This document shows, one piece after another, positions 10,315 to 18,600 of a stretch of 32,000 nt of DNA. The notes under the pieces are model-generated. The model was not told where the DNA came from, did not search any database, and saw only the letters and a list, made by a program, of their open reading frames with translations. The position numbers and the translations under genes are program-made. How positions within the stretch are numbered: the first letter of the stretch is position 1; the number at the start of each line of letters is the position of its first letter. This stretch comes from Thermosulfurimonas dismutans (GTDB taxonomy: Bacteria; Desulfobacterota; Thermodesulfobacteria; Thermodesulfobacteriales; Thermodesulfobacteriaceae). Location: NCBI RefSeq assembly GCF_001652585.1, contig NZ_LWLG01000001.1, positions 240,001 to 272,000 on the forward strand, written 5' to 3'.

Positions 10315-10343
10315 TTGACTTTTAATTTTTGTTTCCCTATGAT
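10315..10343 (+). promoter_or_regulatory. sigma70-type promoter for the chemoreceptor gene (-35 TTGACT, 17-nt spacer, -10 TATGAT)
   Basis: TTGACT lies at 10315-10320 and TATGAT at 10338-10343, separated by exactly 17 nt. They are flanked by A/T tracts (ttttaattttt twice). An AGGAGG Shine-Dalgarno sits at 10368-10373 and the ATG at 10380. Confidence 0.55.
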
Positions 10344-10350
10344 TAGGGAA
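10333..10350. promoter_or_regulatory. perfect 7-4-7 inverted repeat TTCCCTA-TGAT-TAGGGAA overlapping the -10 hexamer (candidate operator)
   Basis: Read directly: ttcccta (10333-10339), tgat, tagggaa (10344-10350). The dyad covers the -10 element and the predicted transcription start. Confidence 0.3.
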
Positions 10351-10379
10351 CACAGAAATCCTGCCTCAGGAGGTTTTTT

Positions 10380-11945
10380 ATGAGGCGTTTTGGCTTAATA
10401 GCCCGTATAGGCTTGATCTTCAGTTTTATCGTAATCCTGAATCTCACAGGTCTAGCCGCCCTATTCTGGGCTAAATGGGAATACCGTAAGACTAATAAAA
10501 TGGTAGATGTACATATTGAGGAACTTCTCCGCATTCAGGAGCTCAAATACCAGTTTACCCGCTGGAAGGTAAATATCCTATCCGGCATGTTCAATCTGGC
10601 CGAATTTCGCTTTTCTACTAAGGCCTTGAAGGAACACCTCAAAGAACTTTCGCCTCATACCCCTGAGGAAAAGGCCTTTGCCGCCGAAATAAACCAAAAA
10701 TATCGGAATATGCAGGCTCTTTCCTCCGAGATCCTTCAGATGCTGGCGAGTTCAGACGAGTGGGAGGATGAAGACGACCTTCGGGATGAGCTTCTGGAAA
10801 TTTATAACGAAAAACTTAGCCCCCTCACCAAGAAGATCTATAAGATCCTTGACCAGGGATTGGAAAGCACCAAAAAAGACCTCCTTTCCTACCAGAGGGC
10901 CGCTGATGAAAAACTGCGATTGGTATCTCTTTTACAAATATGCACAGCCTTCCTTTCCATCTTATCCTTGATAGGTCTGGGGCTTTACCTGCATAGGAAA
11001 CTGCGGCGTGGCTTTTCGGCTTTAGATGAAGCCCTAAGTCTTATGGCCCGGGGTGACTTTACCCACCAGTTGACAGTTAAAGGACAGGACGAGATTGCCC
11101 AGATGTTGACAAAGATAAACCAAACCATTGAGGAATTAAGGCCTATCATCCGGAAAATCCGTTCCATTTCTTCCGATCTTGACAACGATGCTCGGGATAT
11201 GAAAGCCTTCTCCGAAGAAACTATTCAGGAGAATGAACATACCAAAAACCGGGCGGAAAGTATGCAACGTGGAGCCGAAAACATTCTGGCCAACGCTGAA
11301 GTGGAGGCCCAGGCCGTAAATGAAATCTCGTCCGCTATTCAGGAAATCAGTCAAAATACCACCAAGGCTAGCCAGGTAACCAACGAGGCCGTGGAAAAGG
11401 CACGTTTGGCCCAGCAAGTTATTCATCGTGTAGGGGAAGTGTCTCGAGAGATAGAATCCGTAATCCAGCTCATAAACAGCGTGGCCGAACAGACCAAATT
11501 TTTGGCTTTAAACGCCACCATTGAGGCCGCCCGGGCCGGAGAGGCCGGCAAGGGCTTTGCGGTGGTGGCTAACGAAGTCAAGGAGCTGGCCCGCCAGACC
11601 GCGGAAGCCACTGGTGAAATCACGCAAAAGATCCGGGCTATGCAGGACGAATCCTCACAGGCCATTCAGGTCACCGATGAAATCGTAGGTATCATTGAAG
11701 AGATTAATCAGATCGCCTCCACTATTGCGGCTGCGGTAGAAGAACAGACAGCGGTCATTAGCGAAATTGCTGAAAAGCTTGAAACCACCAGAATGGACGC
11801 CGAAACCCTTTCTACCGAAGCCCAGGAAGCTTACAAAGTGGCCGTTCGAGCGGTAGAGACCGCCCGCAAGAACCTGGAACACGCTCAGGGACTTTCAAAT
11901 CTGGCCCAAGAACTGGCCTCTTTAGTGGCCCAATTCAAGGTTTAA
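10380..11945 (+). CDS. methyl-accepting chemotaxis protein (2 TM helices, HAMP, MCP signalling domain)
   Basis: TM1 is [22 protein letters not shown] and TM2 is [29 protein letters not shown] domain follows ([21 protein letters not shown]). The conserved signalling hairpin [35 protein letters not shown] is present. Confidence 0.9.
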   Translation: MRRFGLIARIGLIFSFIVILNLTGLAALFWAKWEYRKTNKMVDVHIEELLRIQELKYQFTRWKVNILSGMFNLAEFRFSTKALKEHLKELSPHTPEEKAFAAEINQKYRNMQALSSEILQMLASSDEWEDEDDLRDELLEIYNEKLSPLTKKIYKILDQGLESTKKDLLSYQRAADEKLRLVSLLQICTAFLSILSLIGLGLYLHRKLRRGFSALDEALSLMARGDFTHQLTVKGQDEIAQMLTKINQTIEELRPIIRKIRSISSDLDNDARDMKAFSEETIQENEHTKNRAESMQRGAENILANAEVEAQAVNEISSAIQEISQNTTKASQVTNEAVEKARLAQQVIHRVGEVSREIESVIQLINSVAEQTKFLALNATIEAARAGEAGKGFAVVANEVKELARQTAEATGEITQKIRAMQDESSQAIQVTDEIVGIIEEINQIASTIAAAVEEQTAVISEIAEKLETTRMDAETLSTEAQEAYKVAVRAVETARKNLEHAQGLSNLAQELASLVAQFKV

Positions 11946-11958
11946 GGCCCAGCCAAAG

Positions 11959-12031
11959 AGCCGGCGGAGGGACTTGAACCCTCAACCCTGGGATTACAAA
12001 TCCCATGCTCTGCCAGTTGAGCTACGCCGGC
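11959..12031 (-). tRNA. tRNA-Thr (anticodon UGU), CCA not encoded
   Basis: The minus-strand sequence GCCGGCG-TA-GCTC-AACTGGCA-GAGC-A-TGGGA-TTTGTAA-TCCCA-GGGTT-GAGGG-TTCAAGT-CCCTC-CGCCGGC-T folds as a full 73-nt cloverleaf with all stems Watson-Crick. The anticodon loop TT-TGT-AA gives anticodon UGU. Confidence 0.9.
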
Positions 12032-12049
12032 AGGGGGATCATCGAAGAG

Positions 12050-12142
12050 TGGCGGAGGGGGTGGGATTCGAACCCACGGTGCCCCTTTTGGGGGCACACT
12101 CGCTTAGCAGGCGAGCGCCTTCGACCACTCGGCCACCCCTCC
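12050..12142 (-). tRNA. tRNA-Ser (anticodon GCU), long variable arm, 3' CCA encoded
   Basis: The minus strand reads GGAGGGGTGGCCGAGTGGTCGAAGGCG-CTCGC-CTGCTAA-GCGAG-(variable arm TGTGCCCCCAAAAGGGGCACC)-GTGGG-TTCGAAT-CCCAC-CCCCTCC-G-CCA. The anticodon loop CT-GCT-AA gives GCU. This is a class II tRNA. Confidence 0.9.
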
Positions 12143-12189
12143 GAACTTTTCTCAGTTTAGCCAGACTTTTTCCAGCTAGCAACCCTCAG

Positions 12190-12278
12190 CGGAGGGGGAG
12201 GGATTCGAACCCCCGGAGGGCGCTAGGGCCCTCAGCGGCTTTCAAGGCCGCCCCCTTCGACCACTCGGGCACCCCTCC
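12190..12278 (-). tRNA. tRNA-Ser (anticodon UGA), long variable arm, CCA not encoded
   Basis: The minus strand reads GGAGGGGTGCCCGAGTGGTCGAAGGGG-GCGGC-CTTGAAA-GCCGC-(variable arm)-GGGGG-TTCGAAT-CCCTC-CCCCTCC-G. The anticodon loop CT-TGA-AA gives UGA (serine, not the UCA of tRNA-Sec). Confidence 0.9.
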
Positions 12279-12373
12279 TCAAATTCTAAAAATAGCCTAT
12301 TTCCTCTTAAACTCAAGCTTGTATATCCTGCCTTTCCCTGTAAAATGCATACCAAAATTTCGGGGAGGCCGCT

Positions 12374-12838
12374 ATGAGCCCGGAGGAACTTTTCGAGGAA
12401 GGTGCCTTCCTCCTCGTAAAACAAGAGTTCGAAAAGGCTTTAGAATACCTTTCGAAAGCCATTGAGGCCGACCCTAGAATGACGAAAGCTTACCAGGCCC
12501 GAGCGGCGATCTATCTGCGTCTCGAACGGCTGGACGAGGCCGAAACCGATCTTCAAAAAGCCTTGGAGCTTGAGCCCAAAAACGCCCGGCTTTATTTCCG
12601 TTTGGGACAAATATTTTACCGCCGCAGCCAACTCGGAGAAAAAGAAAAGAACCTCGAAAAGGCTTTAGAACTTTTTAATAAGGCCATTGACCTCGATCCC
12701 CTCTACGCCGCAGCCTTCATGGCCCGCAGCCAGGTCTATCGGGACTTGGGCGAGGAAGAGCTAGCGGATTTTGATCTAGACAAGGCCGTGGCCGTACAGA
12801 GGGAAACGGCCAAGGCCAAAAAGATTATAGATTTTTAG
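12374..12838 (+). CDS. tetratricopeptide-repeat (TPR) protein
   Basis: A GGGGAGG Shine-Dalgarno lies about 6 nt upstream of the ATG. The protein has three to four 34-residue TPR units (AIEADPRMTKAYQARAAIYLRLERLDEAETDLQKALELEPKNARLYFRLGQIFY..., AIDLDPLYAAAFMARSQVY). Confidence 0.75.
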   Translation: MSPEELFEEGAFLLVKQEFEKALEYLSKAIEADPRMTKAYQARAAIYLRLERLDEAETDLQKALELEPKNARLYFRLGQIFYRRSQLGEKEKNLEKALELFNKAIDLDPLYAAAFMARSQVYRDLGEEELADFDLDKAVAVQRETAKAKKIIDF

Positions 12839-13905
12839 CCCAAAACTACCGTCCAGCCGAAGGGATCTTCTTTTTCGCCGTACTGGATAGCGGTAAGTTC
12901 GTCAAAAAGCCTTCGGGCAAGGGGACCGGTCTCTCCCCGATTAATCAGGTATTCTTGGCCTTGGTAACATAAGACTCCCACCGGAGAAATTACGGCCGCG
13001 GTACCAGTGCCGAAACATTCCTTGAGGCGTCCGCTCGCCGCCCCTTCTATTACTTCTTCAATACTTACGCGCCTTTCCGAAACCGGAAGACCCCAGTGAC
13101 GGGCAAGTTTGATGACCGAGTCTCTTGTAATTCCCGGAAGGATACTTCCCGAAAGGGCCGGAGTCACCAGTTCGTCCTCGAAGTAAAAGAAGATATTCAT
13201 GGTGCCCACTTCTTCCACATAGCGCCGTTCCACGGCGTCAAGCCAGAGGACCTGGGTATAGCCCTTGCTTTTGGCCACCTCTGCGGCCTTAAGGCTGGCA
13301 GCGTAGTTCCCTCCGGCCTTGACCTCTCCCGTGCCTCCAGGAGCGGCCCGCACAAATTCATCGGTGACATAGATCTTCACAGGATTGAAACCCTCCTGAT
13401 AATAAGCACTAACCGGCGAAAGGATCACTATCAAAAGGTACGAATGGCTAGGTTTCACCCCTAAAGAAGGTTCGGTTCCGAACATAAAGGGCCGAATGTA
13501 AAGGGCCGCCCCCTTCTCCCTAGGGATCCAGGCCCGATCAATGAGAATCAGCTTTTTAATGGCCTCGAGCACAAAGTCTTCATCAATCTTTGGCATACAC
13601 AACCGTTCGGCCGAACGATTAAGTCGCCGCATGTTCTCCCATGGACGGAAAAGACGAATCTTCCCGTCCACCCCGAAATAGGCCTTCAAGCCCTCAAAAA
13701 TGGTCTGGGCGTAGTGAAGAACAATGGCCGCGGGATCAAGCGTAATGGCACCGTAAGGTTCAATGCGGGCTGAATGCCATCCCCGGTTGCAGTCATACTC
13801 CATGACAAACATGTGCTCGGTAAAAAGCCTCCCGAAGATAAGATTCTTGAGTTCCGGAACCGGACGGCGTTTATTCTCGGGAACCAGCCTGAGTTCGATC
13901 TCCAT
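12835..13905 (-). CDS. ilvE: branched-chain-amino-acid aminotransferase (fold-type IV PLP enzyme, long form)
   Basis: FTEHMF, YAQTIFEGLKAY, ALYIRPF, GTGEVKAGGNYAASL (PLP lysine context) and NIFF...L.TP...ILPGITR are all characteristic of the ~360-aa IlvE type. Confidence 0.9.
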   Translation of the reverse strand: MEIELRLVPENKRRPVPELKNLIFGRLFTEHMFVMEYDCNRGWHSARIEPYGAITLDPAAIVLHYAQTIFEGLKAYFGVDGKIRLFRPWENMRRLNRSAERLCMPKIDEDFVLEAIKKLILIDRAWIPREKGAALYIRPFMFGTEPSLGVKPSHSYLLIVILSPVSAYYQEGFNPVKIYVTDEFVRAAPGGTGEVKAGGNYAASLKAAEVAKSKGYTQVLWLDAVERRYVEEVGTMNIFFYFEDELVTPALSGSILPGITRDSVIKLARHWGLPVSERRVSIEEVIEGAASGRLKECFGTGTAAVISPVGVLCYQGQEYLINRGETGPLARRLFDELTAIQYGEKEDPFGWTVVLG

Positions 13906-13967
13906 TTTCTTGCCTCACCGAAAAATTGATAATAAAGTATGCACAACCTTTAACTCAAGGAGAGCAA

Positions 13968-14993
13968 ATGCTCAAGTGGTTCCGTCGCAAAAAAGAAGAG
14001 GCTCCGGGAACCCAACCGGAAAGGGCACCGGAAAAAGCCCCCTTGTCCGAACCTGTTATCTCTCAGCCCCAACAGGAGACCAAGAAGAATCTCTGGCAGA
14101 AGTTCAAGGACGGGCTTTCCAAGACTCGGGAGCGGCTGAAAGACTCCCTGGGAGAGCTCTTTGAGATCGATCGGCTGGTGGATCAGGCCTTCCTCGAGGA
14201 ACTGGAAGAAATCCTCATCACCGCCGATATAGGCATCGAGACCGTCAATCGGTTGCTTGAGCCCTCACGCAAAAAGATCCTTACTGGCGAACCTCTTAAG
14301 GTTAGTGAGCTCAGAAGGAGCCTGCGAGAGGAAATGCTCCAGATGCTTACGGTTCCAACTCCTCCTTTCCCTCCTGAGGCCAGCCCGGCGGTCATCTTTT
14401 TTATTGGGGTAAACGGAGTAGGCAAGACCACCACCCTGGCCAAAGTAGCCTGGCATCTCAAGAATCGAGGATTTTCGGTGCTGGCGATCGCGGCCGATAC
14501 CTTCCGGGCCGCGGCCATCGAACAGCTCGAGACCTGGGGCAACCGGGTTGGAATAGAGGTTATTAAACAGGCTCCCGGAGCCGACCCTGGAGCGGTGGTG
14601 TATCAAGGGCTTCAGGCCGCCAAGGCCCGGGGAACAGAGGTGGTTCTGGTAGACACTGCCGGCCGACTGCATACCAAATACAACCTCATGGAGGAGCTCA
14701 AAAAGATGGTCCGAGTGGCAGATAAGGTGATTCCCGGAGCCCCGCACGAAAATATCTTGGTGCTTGACGCCACCACCGGTCAAAACGCCGTGAATCAGGC
14801 CAAACTTTTTGGAGAAGCGGTCAAACTCCATTCTCTTATCATCACCAAAATGGACGGCACAGCCAAAGGCGGTATAGCCGTCACGGTGGCCCATCTATTC
14901 AAACTTCCCATTCGCTTTGTGGGCCTTGGCGAAAAGATGGAAGACCTTGCGCCTTTTGAACCCAAGGCTTTCGTGGACGCCTTGTTGCCATGA
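13968..14993 (+). CDS. ftsY: signal recognition particle receptor FtsY
   Basis: SRP GTPase motifs are present: [10 protein letters not shown] (G1), DTAGRLH (G3) and [10 protein letters not shown] (G4). I place the start at ATG 13968 ([11 protein letters not shown]), which is preceded by AAGGAGAG at 13958-13965. The ORF-track TTG at 13926 has no Shine-Dalgarno. Confidence 0.9.
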   Translation: MLKWFRRKKEEAPGTQPERAPEKAPLSEPVISQPQQETKKNLWQKFKDGLSKTRERLKDSLGELFEIDRLVDQAFLEELEEILITADIGIETVNRLLEPSRKKILTGEPLKVSELRRSLREEMLQMLTVPTPPFPPEASPAVIFFIGVNGVGKTTTLAKVAWHLKNRGFSVLAIAADTFRAAAIEQLETWGNRVGIEVIKQAPGADPGAVVYQGLQAAKARGTEVVLVDTAGRLHTKYNLMEELKKMVRVADKVIPGAPHENILVLDATTGQNAVNQAKLFGEAVKLHSLIITKMDGTAKGGIAVTVAHLFKLPIRFVGLGEKMEDLAPFEPKAFVDALLP

Positions 14994-15628
14994 GGGCTCT
15001 ACACCTCATCGGCCCTACCGGTTCTGGCAAAACTCCTCTGGGAGAAACCTTACAGACACGAGGTCTTTTCGGTCACCGGACTCACCACTTTGATTTCGGG
15101 GCGGAGTTAAGACGTGTCGCCCGGGGGGAAGGACCTCCAGAAATTCTCCCGGAGGAGGTGGATTTTATCAAACGTGTGCTTTCCGAAGGCCTGCTCCTAG
15201 AAAACGAACACTTCTATCTGGCGGAAAAGATCTTCCAGGCCTATCTCAGACAGAAAGGCGTCAGGGCCGAGGATCTCATCGTGCTTAATGGTCTACCCCG
15301 ACACGAAGGCCAGGCCCGAGACATGGAAAGGCTGGTTGAAATCAAGCTATGTGTAGAACTAGCAGTCGATAAAAAGATTCTGCAATTTAGACTCTCCAAG
15401 GATCCTGCTGGAGACCGCCGAGAGCGTGAGGACGATCTGGCTGAACTCGTAGCCCGCAAATTAGAATGGTATTACAAGCGCACCCTGCCCTTGAAAGATT
15501 ATTACCGCGAGAGAAAAATTCCGGTGCTGACCATTCCAGTTGAAAAAGAGGATACCGGCGAAAATCTTTACCAGAAGCTCTTAGAGTTCTTGTCAGAAAA
15601 AGAATTTAAAATTATTTTTTCTTTCTAA
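14990..15628 (+). CDS. P-loop nucleoside-monophosphate-kinase family protein (diverged adenylate-kinase-like)
   Basis: The Walker A is GPTGSGKT. The rest follows an adenylate-kinase layout: FDFGAELRR, then LNGLPRHEGQA (compare DGFPR..Q of Adk), then R..D...RL..YY near the C-terminus. The start overlaps the ftsY stop (ATGA at 14990-14993). Substrate is not inferable. Confidence 0.55.
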   Translation: MRALHLIGPTGSGKTPLGETLQTRGLFGHRTHHFDFGAELRRVARGEGPPEILPEEVDFIKRVLSEGLLLENEHFYLAEKIFQAYLRQKGVRAEDLIVLNGLPRHEGQARDMERLVEIKLCVELAVDKKILQFRLSKDPAGDRREREDDLAELVARKLEWYYKRTLPLKDYYRERKIPVLTIPVEKEDTGENLYQKLLEFLSEKEFKIIFSF

Positions 15629-15649
15629 AGAATCTTCCTGGGGGGGTCT

Positions 15650-18600
15650 ATGGCCGAGCTTTATGTGGGTCTGGATGTGGGTTCGGGAACAGCCAAAGTG
15701 GCCGTCCTGGATAAAAATCGCCATCTTATCCATAAGGTCTATAAAAAGACTCACGGACAACCGGTAGAGACCGCCGAACGCCTCCTTTCCGAAGTAGAAA
15801 AACTTTTTGGCCAAGACCTTTCTGGGATCACTTGTACCGGGACCGCTGGAAAGTTCATCTCCCAGATCCTGGGGGTGGCCTTTGTAAACGAGGTCATGGC
15901 CCATGCCCGGGCCGTGGAACACTTCCACCCAGAGGCCCGGACCATCATTGATATCGGAGGCGAAGACTCCAAACTGGTATTCATCAAACATGAAGATGGC
16001 AAGTTTCGCATCGCGGATTTCGCCTTAAACACCCTGTGTGCTGCGGGCACCGGGGCTTTTCTTGAGCAGCAGGCCGCCCGCCTGGGTTACTCTATTGAAG
16101 AGTTCAGTCGGCTAGCCTTAAAGGCTCAGAACATCCCCCGGATCGCCGGTCGCTGTACGGTCTTTGCCAAGTCCGACATGATCCATCTCCAGCAGGCCGC
16201 CGTTCCAGACTATGAGATTATTGCCGGGCTCTGCTTTGCCATTATAAGAAACCTCAAGAGCAATCTAGCCAAGGGCCGTAAGGTGGAACCGCCCGTGGTC
16301 TTCCAAGGGGGCGTAGCCGCCAACTTGGGAGTCCGGCGGGCCATAAAAGAAGTCTTTGGCCTTAAAGACCACGAACTCATCATACCCGAGCACCACGGGA
16401 TCATGGGGGCCATTGGAGCTGCTCTATATGGTCTCGATGGTAGGGCAACTTCCGATTATCGGGGCTCAGAGATCCTCAGGGCCTATCTCAAAGAGCGTCG
16501 TCCGGCTCCTAAACGTTTCCCTCCGCTGGCACCTTTTTCCTCGGTGTATATAAAACCCCGCAAGGTCCAGACCTCAGCTAAAAAGATCTATCTCGGTATT
16601 GACGTAGGCTCGGTGAGCACCAAATTGGTGGCCCTTGACGAAGAGGGCAATGTAGTAGCCAAGGTCTATAACCTCCATCACGGTAAACCTTTGGAAAGTG
16701 TAAAAGAAGGCCTGGCCCAACTCCGCCAAAAACTTCCCCAAGAAGTTGAAGTTCTAGGGGTAGGGACCACTGGTTCCGGAAGGTATCTCGTGGGAGACTT
16801 CGTAGGTGCGGATGTCATCCGGAACGAGATCACGGCCCAGGCTATGGGGGCGCTGCTCCTTGATCCCGAAGTGGACACCATCTTTGAAATCGGAGGCCAG
16901 GATTCCAAATACATCCGACTTGAAGTGGGAACTATTGTGGACTTCACCATGAACAAGGCCTGTGCCGCGGGCACTGGTTCCTTCCTAGAGGAGCAGGCCG
17001 TACGTCTGGGGGTCCCCATCGAAAAATTCGGAGAAATGGCCTTGAAAAGCTCGGCTCCTCTTGAGATGGGCGAGCGCTGTACGGTCTTCATGCAGTCCGA
17101 CCTTCTTCACTACCAGCAACAGGGGCTCCCCAAGGAAGACCTCATCGCCGGTCTATGCTACGCCATCGTTTACAACTACCTCAACAAGGTGGTCGAGGAC
17201 CGCAAGATTGGGAAAAAGATCTTCTTCCAGGGAGCCACAGCCTTCAATAAAGGGATGGTGGCGGCCTTTGAGAAGGTCCTCGGACGGCCCATCGTCGTGC
17301 CCCCCCATCACGAGGTCACCGGGGCCATGGGCGTGGCGCTTCTGGCCAAAAAGGAACGCCGTTGGGAAAAGAGCCGTTTCAAGGGCTTTGACCTCACCCG
17401 AGTGCGCTACAGCATATCCACTTTTGAGTGCCGAGCCTGTCCCAATCGCTGCGAGATTCACAAGGTCTCCGTAGAAGGCAATCCACCCTATTACTACGGT
17501 GGACGCTGTGAACGTTATGAAGTGGAGCACCGCAAACCCCCAGCGGATCTTCCCAATCTCGTGCTTGAAAGGGAGCGCAAAATCCTCTCCTACGTGCAGG
17601 AGGAAGGTGAGTTTCCCCGGGGCGAGATCGGTATCCCCCGCACCCTCTTTTTCTGGGAGCGTCTGCCTTTCTTCGCGGTTCTACTCCAGGAGCTCGGCTT
17701 TCGGGTAATCCTCTCTTCGCCCACCAGCAAGGAGATCATCAAGGAAGGCTGTGAGATCGTGGCCGCCGAGACCTGTTTCCCGGTAAAACTGGCACACGGT
17801 CATGTTCTAGATCTCTTGAGGCGCGGCGTAAAACGCATTTTCATCCCCCAGATCTCGGACTTGCCTTCGGATCATCCGGAACTCAAGAGCGGAAAGATCT
17901 GTCCTTATGTACAGGGCTTCCCGTGGGCGGTGCATTCCTCCATCAATTTCAAAGAACACGGTAGCGAGATTATCTCCCCGGTCTTCCACTTTGGTACCGG
18001 GGGCTCCCTTCTACGGGATGAATTCAAAGTACTAGCCAAAGAGTTAGGTGTCTCCTGGAAAGAAATGAAAAAGGCCCTGGAGAAAGCCTTCACCGCCCAG
18101 GAGGAATTTTACGCCTGGCTCAAAGCCCGGGGCCGGGAGGTCCTTGAGGGTCTTAAACCCCACGAGGTAGCCCTGGTAATCGTAGGGCGGCCTTACAACG
18201 CCTTTGATCCCGGAGCCAATCTTGCCATCCACAATAAGATTCGGAGCCTTGGGGTCCTAGGCATCCCGGTGGATATGCTCCCTCTTTCCGAGGTCCGTGA
18301 GCTTGACGGCCTTGAAGGTATGTACTGGCGCTACGGTCAGCGGATTCTCCTTGCTGCCCATGTCTGCCGAGAGCACCCGCAACTCTTCCCAGTCTTCATC
18401 ACCAACTTCTCCTGCGGGCCGGATTCCTTTATCGAACACTTTTTTGAAGAACTTCTGGCCGGGAAACCCTATCTTCAGATTGAAATTGATGAACATAGTG
18501 CGGATGCCGGGGTAGTCACCCGGATCGAGGCCTTCCTTGATAGCATTCGAGGTAAGACTAGAAGCTACCCCAAGCCGAAAAAACCCCGACGGCCCCGTAT

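Noticed and set aside
10302-10330. Direct repeat ttttaattttt x2 as a possible iteron or repeat element
   Set aside because: There are only two short A/T-tract copies flanking the -35 hexamer. They are best explained as UP-element-like promoter context.
12190-12278. Possibility that the long-variable-arm tRNA is tRNA-Sec
   Set aside because: The anticodon loop reads CT-TGA-AA (anticodon UGA, serine), not UCA. The acceptor and T stems have the ordinary 7/5 geometry.
11974-12465. 163-aa plus-strand ORF from the ORF track
   Set aside because: It runs antisense straight through the three well-folded tRNA genes and into the TPR gene's 5' region. Its Pro/Arg/Gly-rich translation looks like a by-product of GC-rich tRNA sequence, not a gene.
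13926-13967. ORF-track TTG start for ftsY at 13926
   Set aside because: The ATG at 13968 has a strong AAGGAGAG Shine-Dalgarno at the correct spacing, and the TTG has none. The extra 14 residues are not FtsY-like.
14265-14894. Long antisense or alternative-frame ORFs inside strong genes (e.g. 14265-14894, 18257-18895, 24766-25278, 24896-25318, 4912-5412, 5223-5666, 7620-8078, 1928-2335, 27137-27541, 27804-28172, 13096-13464, 16678-17091, 17061-17530)
   Set aside because: Each lies entirely within a gene that has unmistakable family motifs on the other strand or frame. Their translations are low-complexity (Arg/Ser/Pro/Gly-rich), as expected for shadow ORFs in GC-rich coding DNA. None has a Shine-Dalgarno or recognisable motifs.
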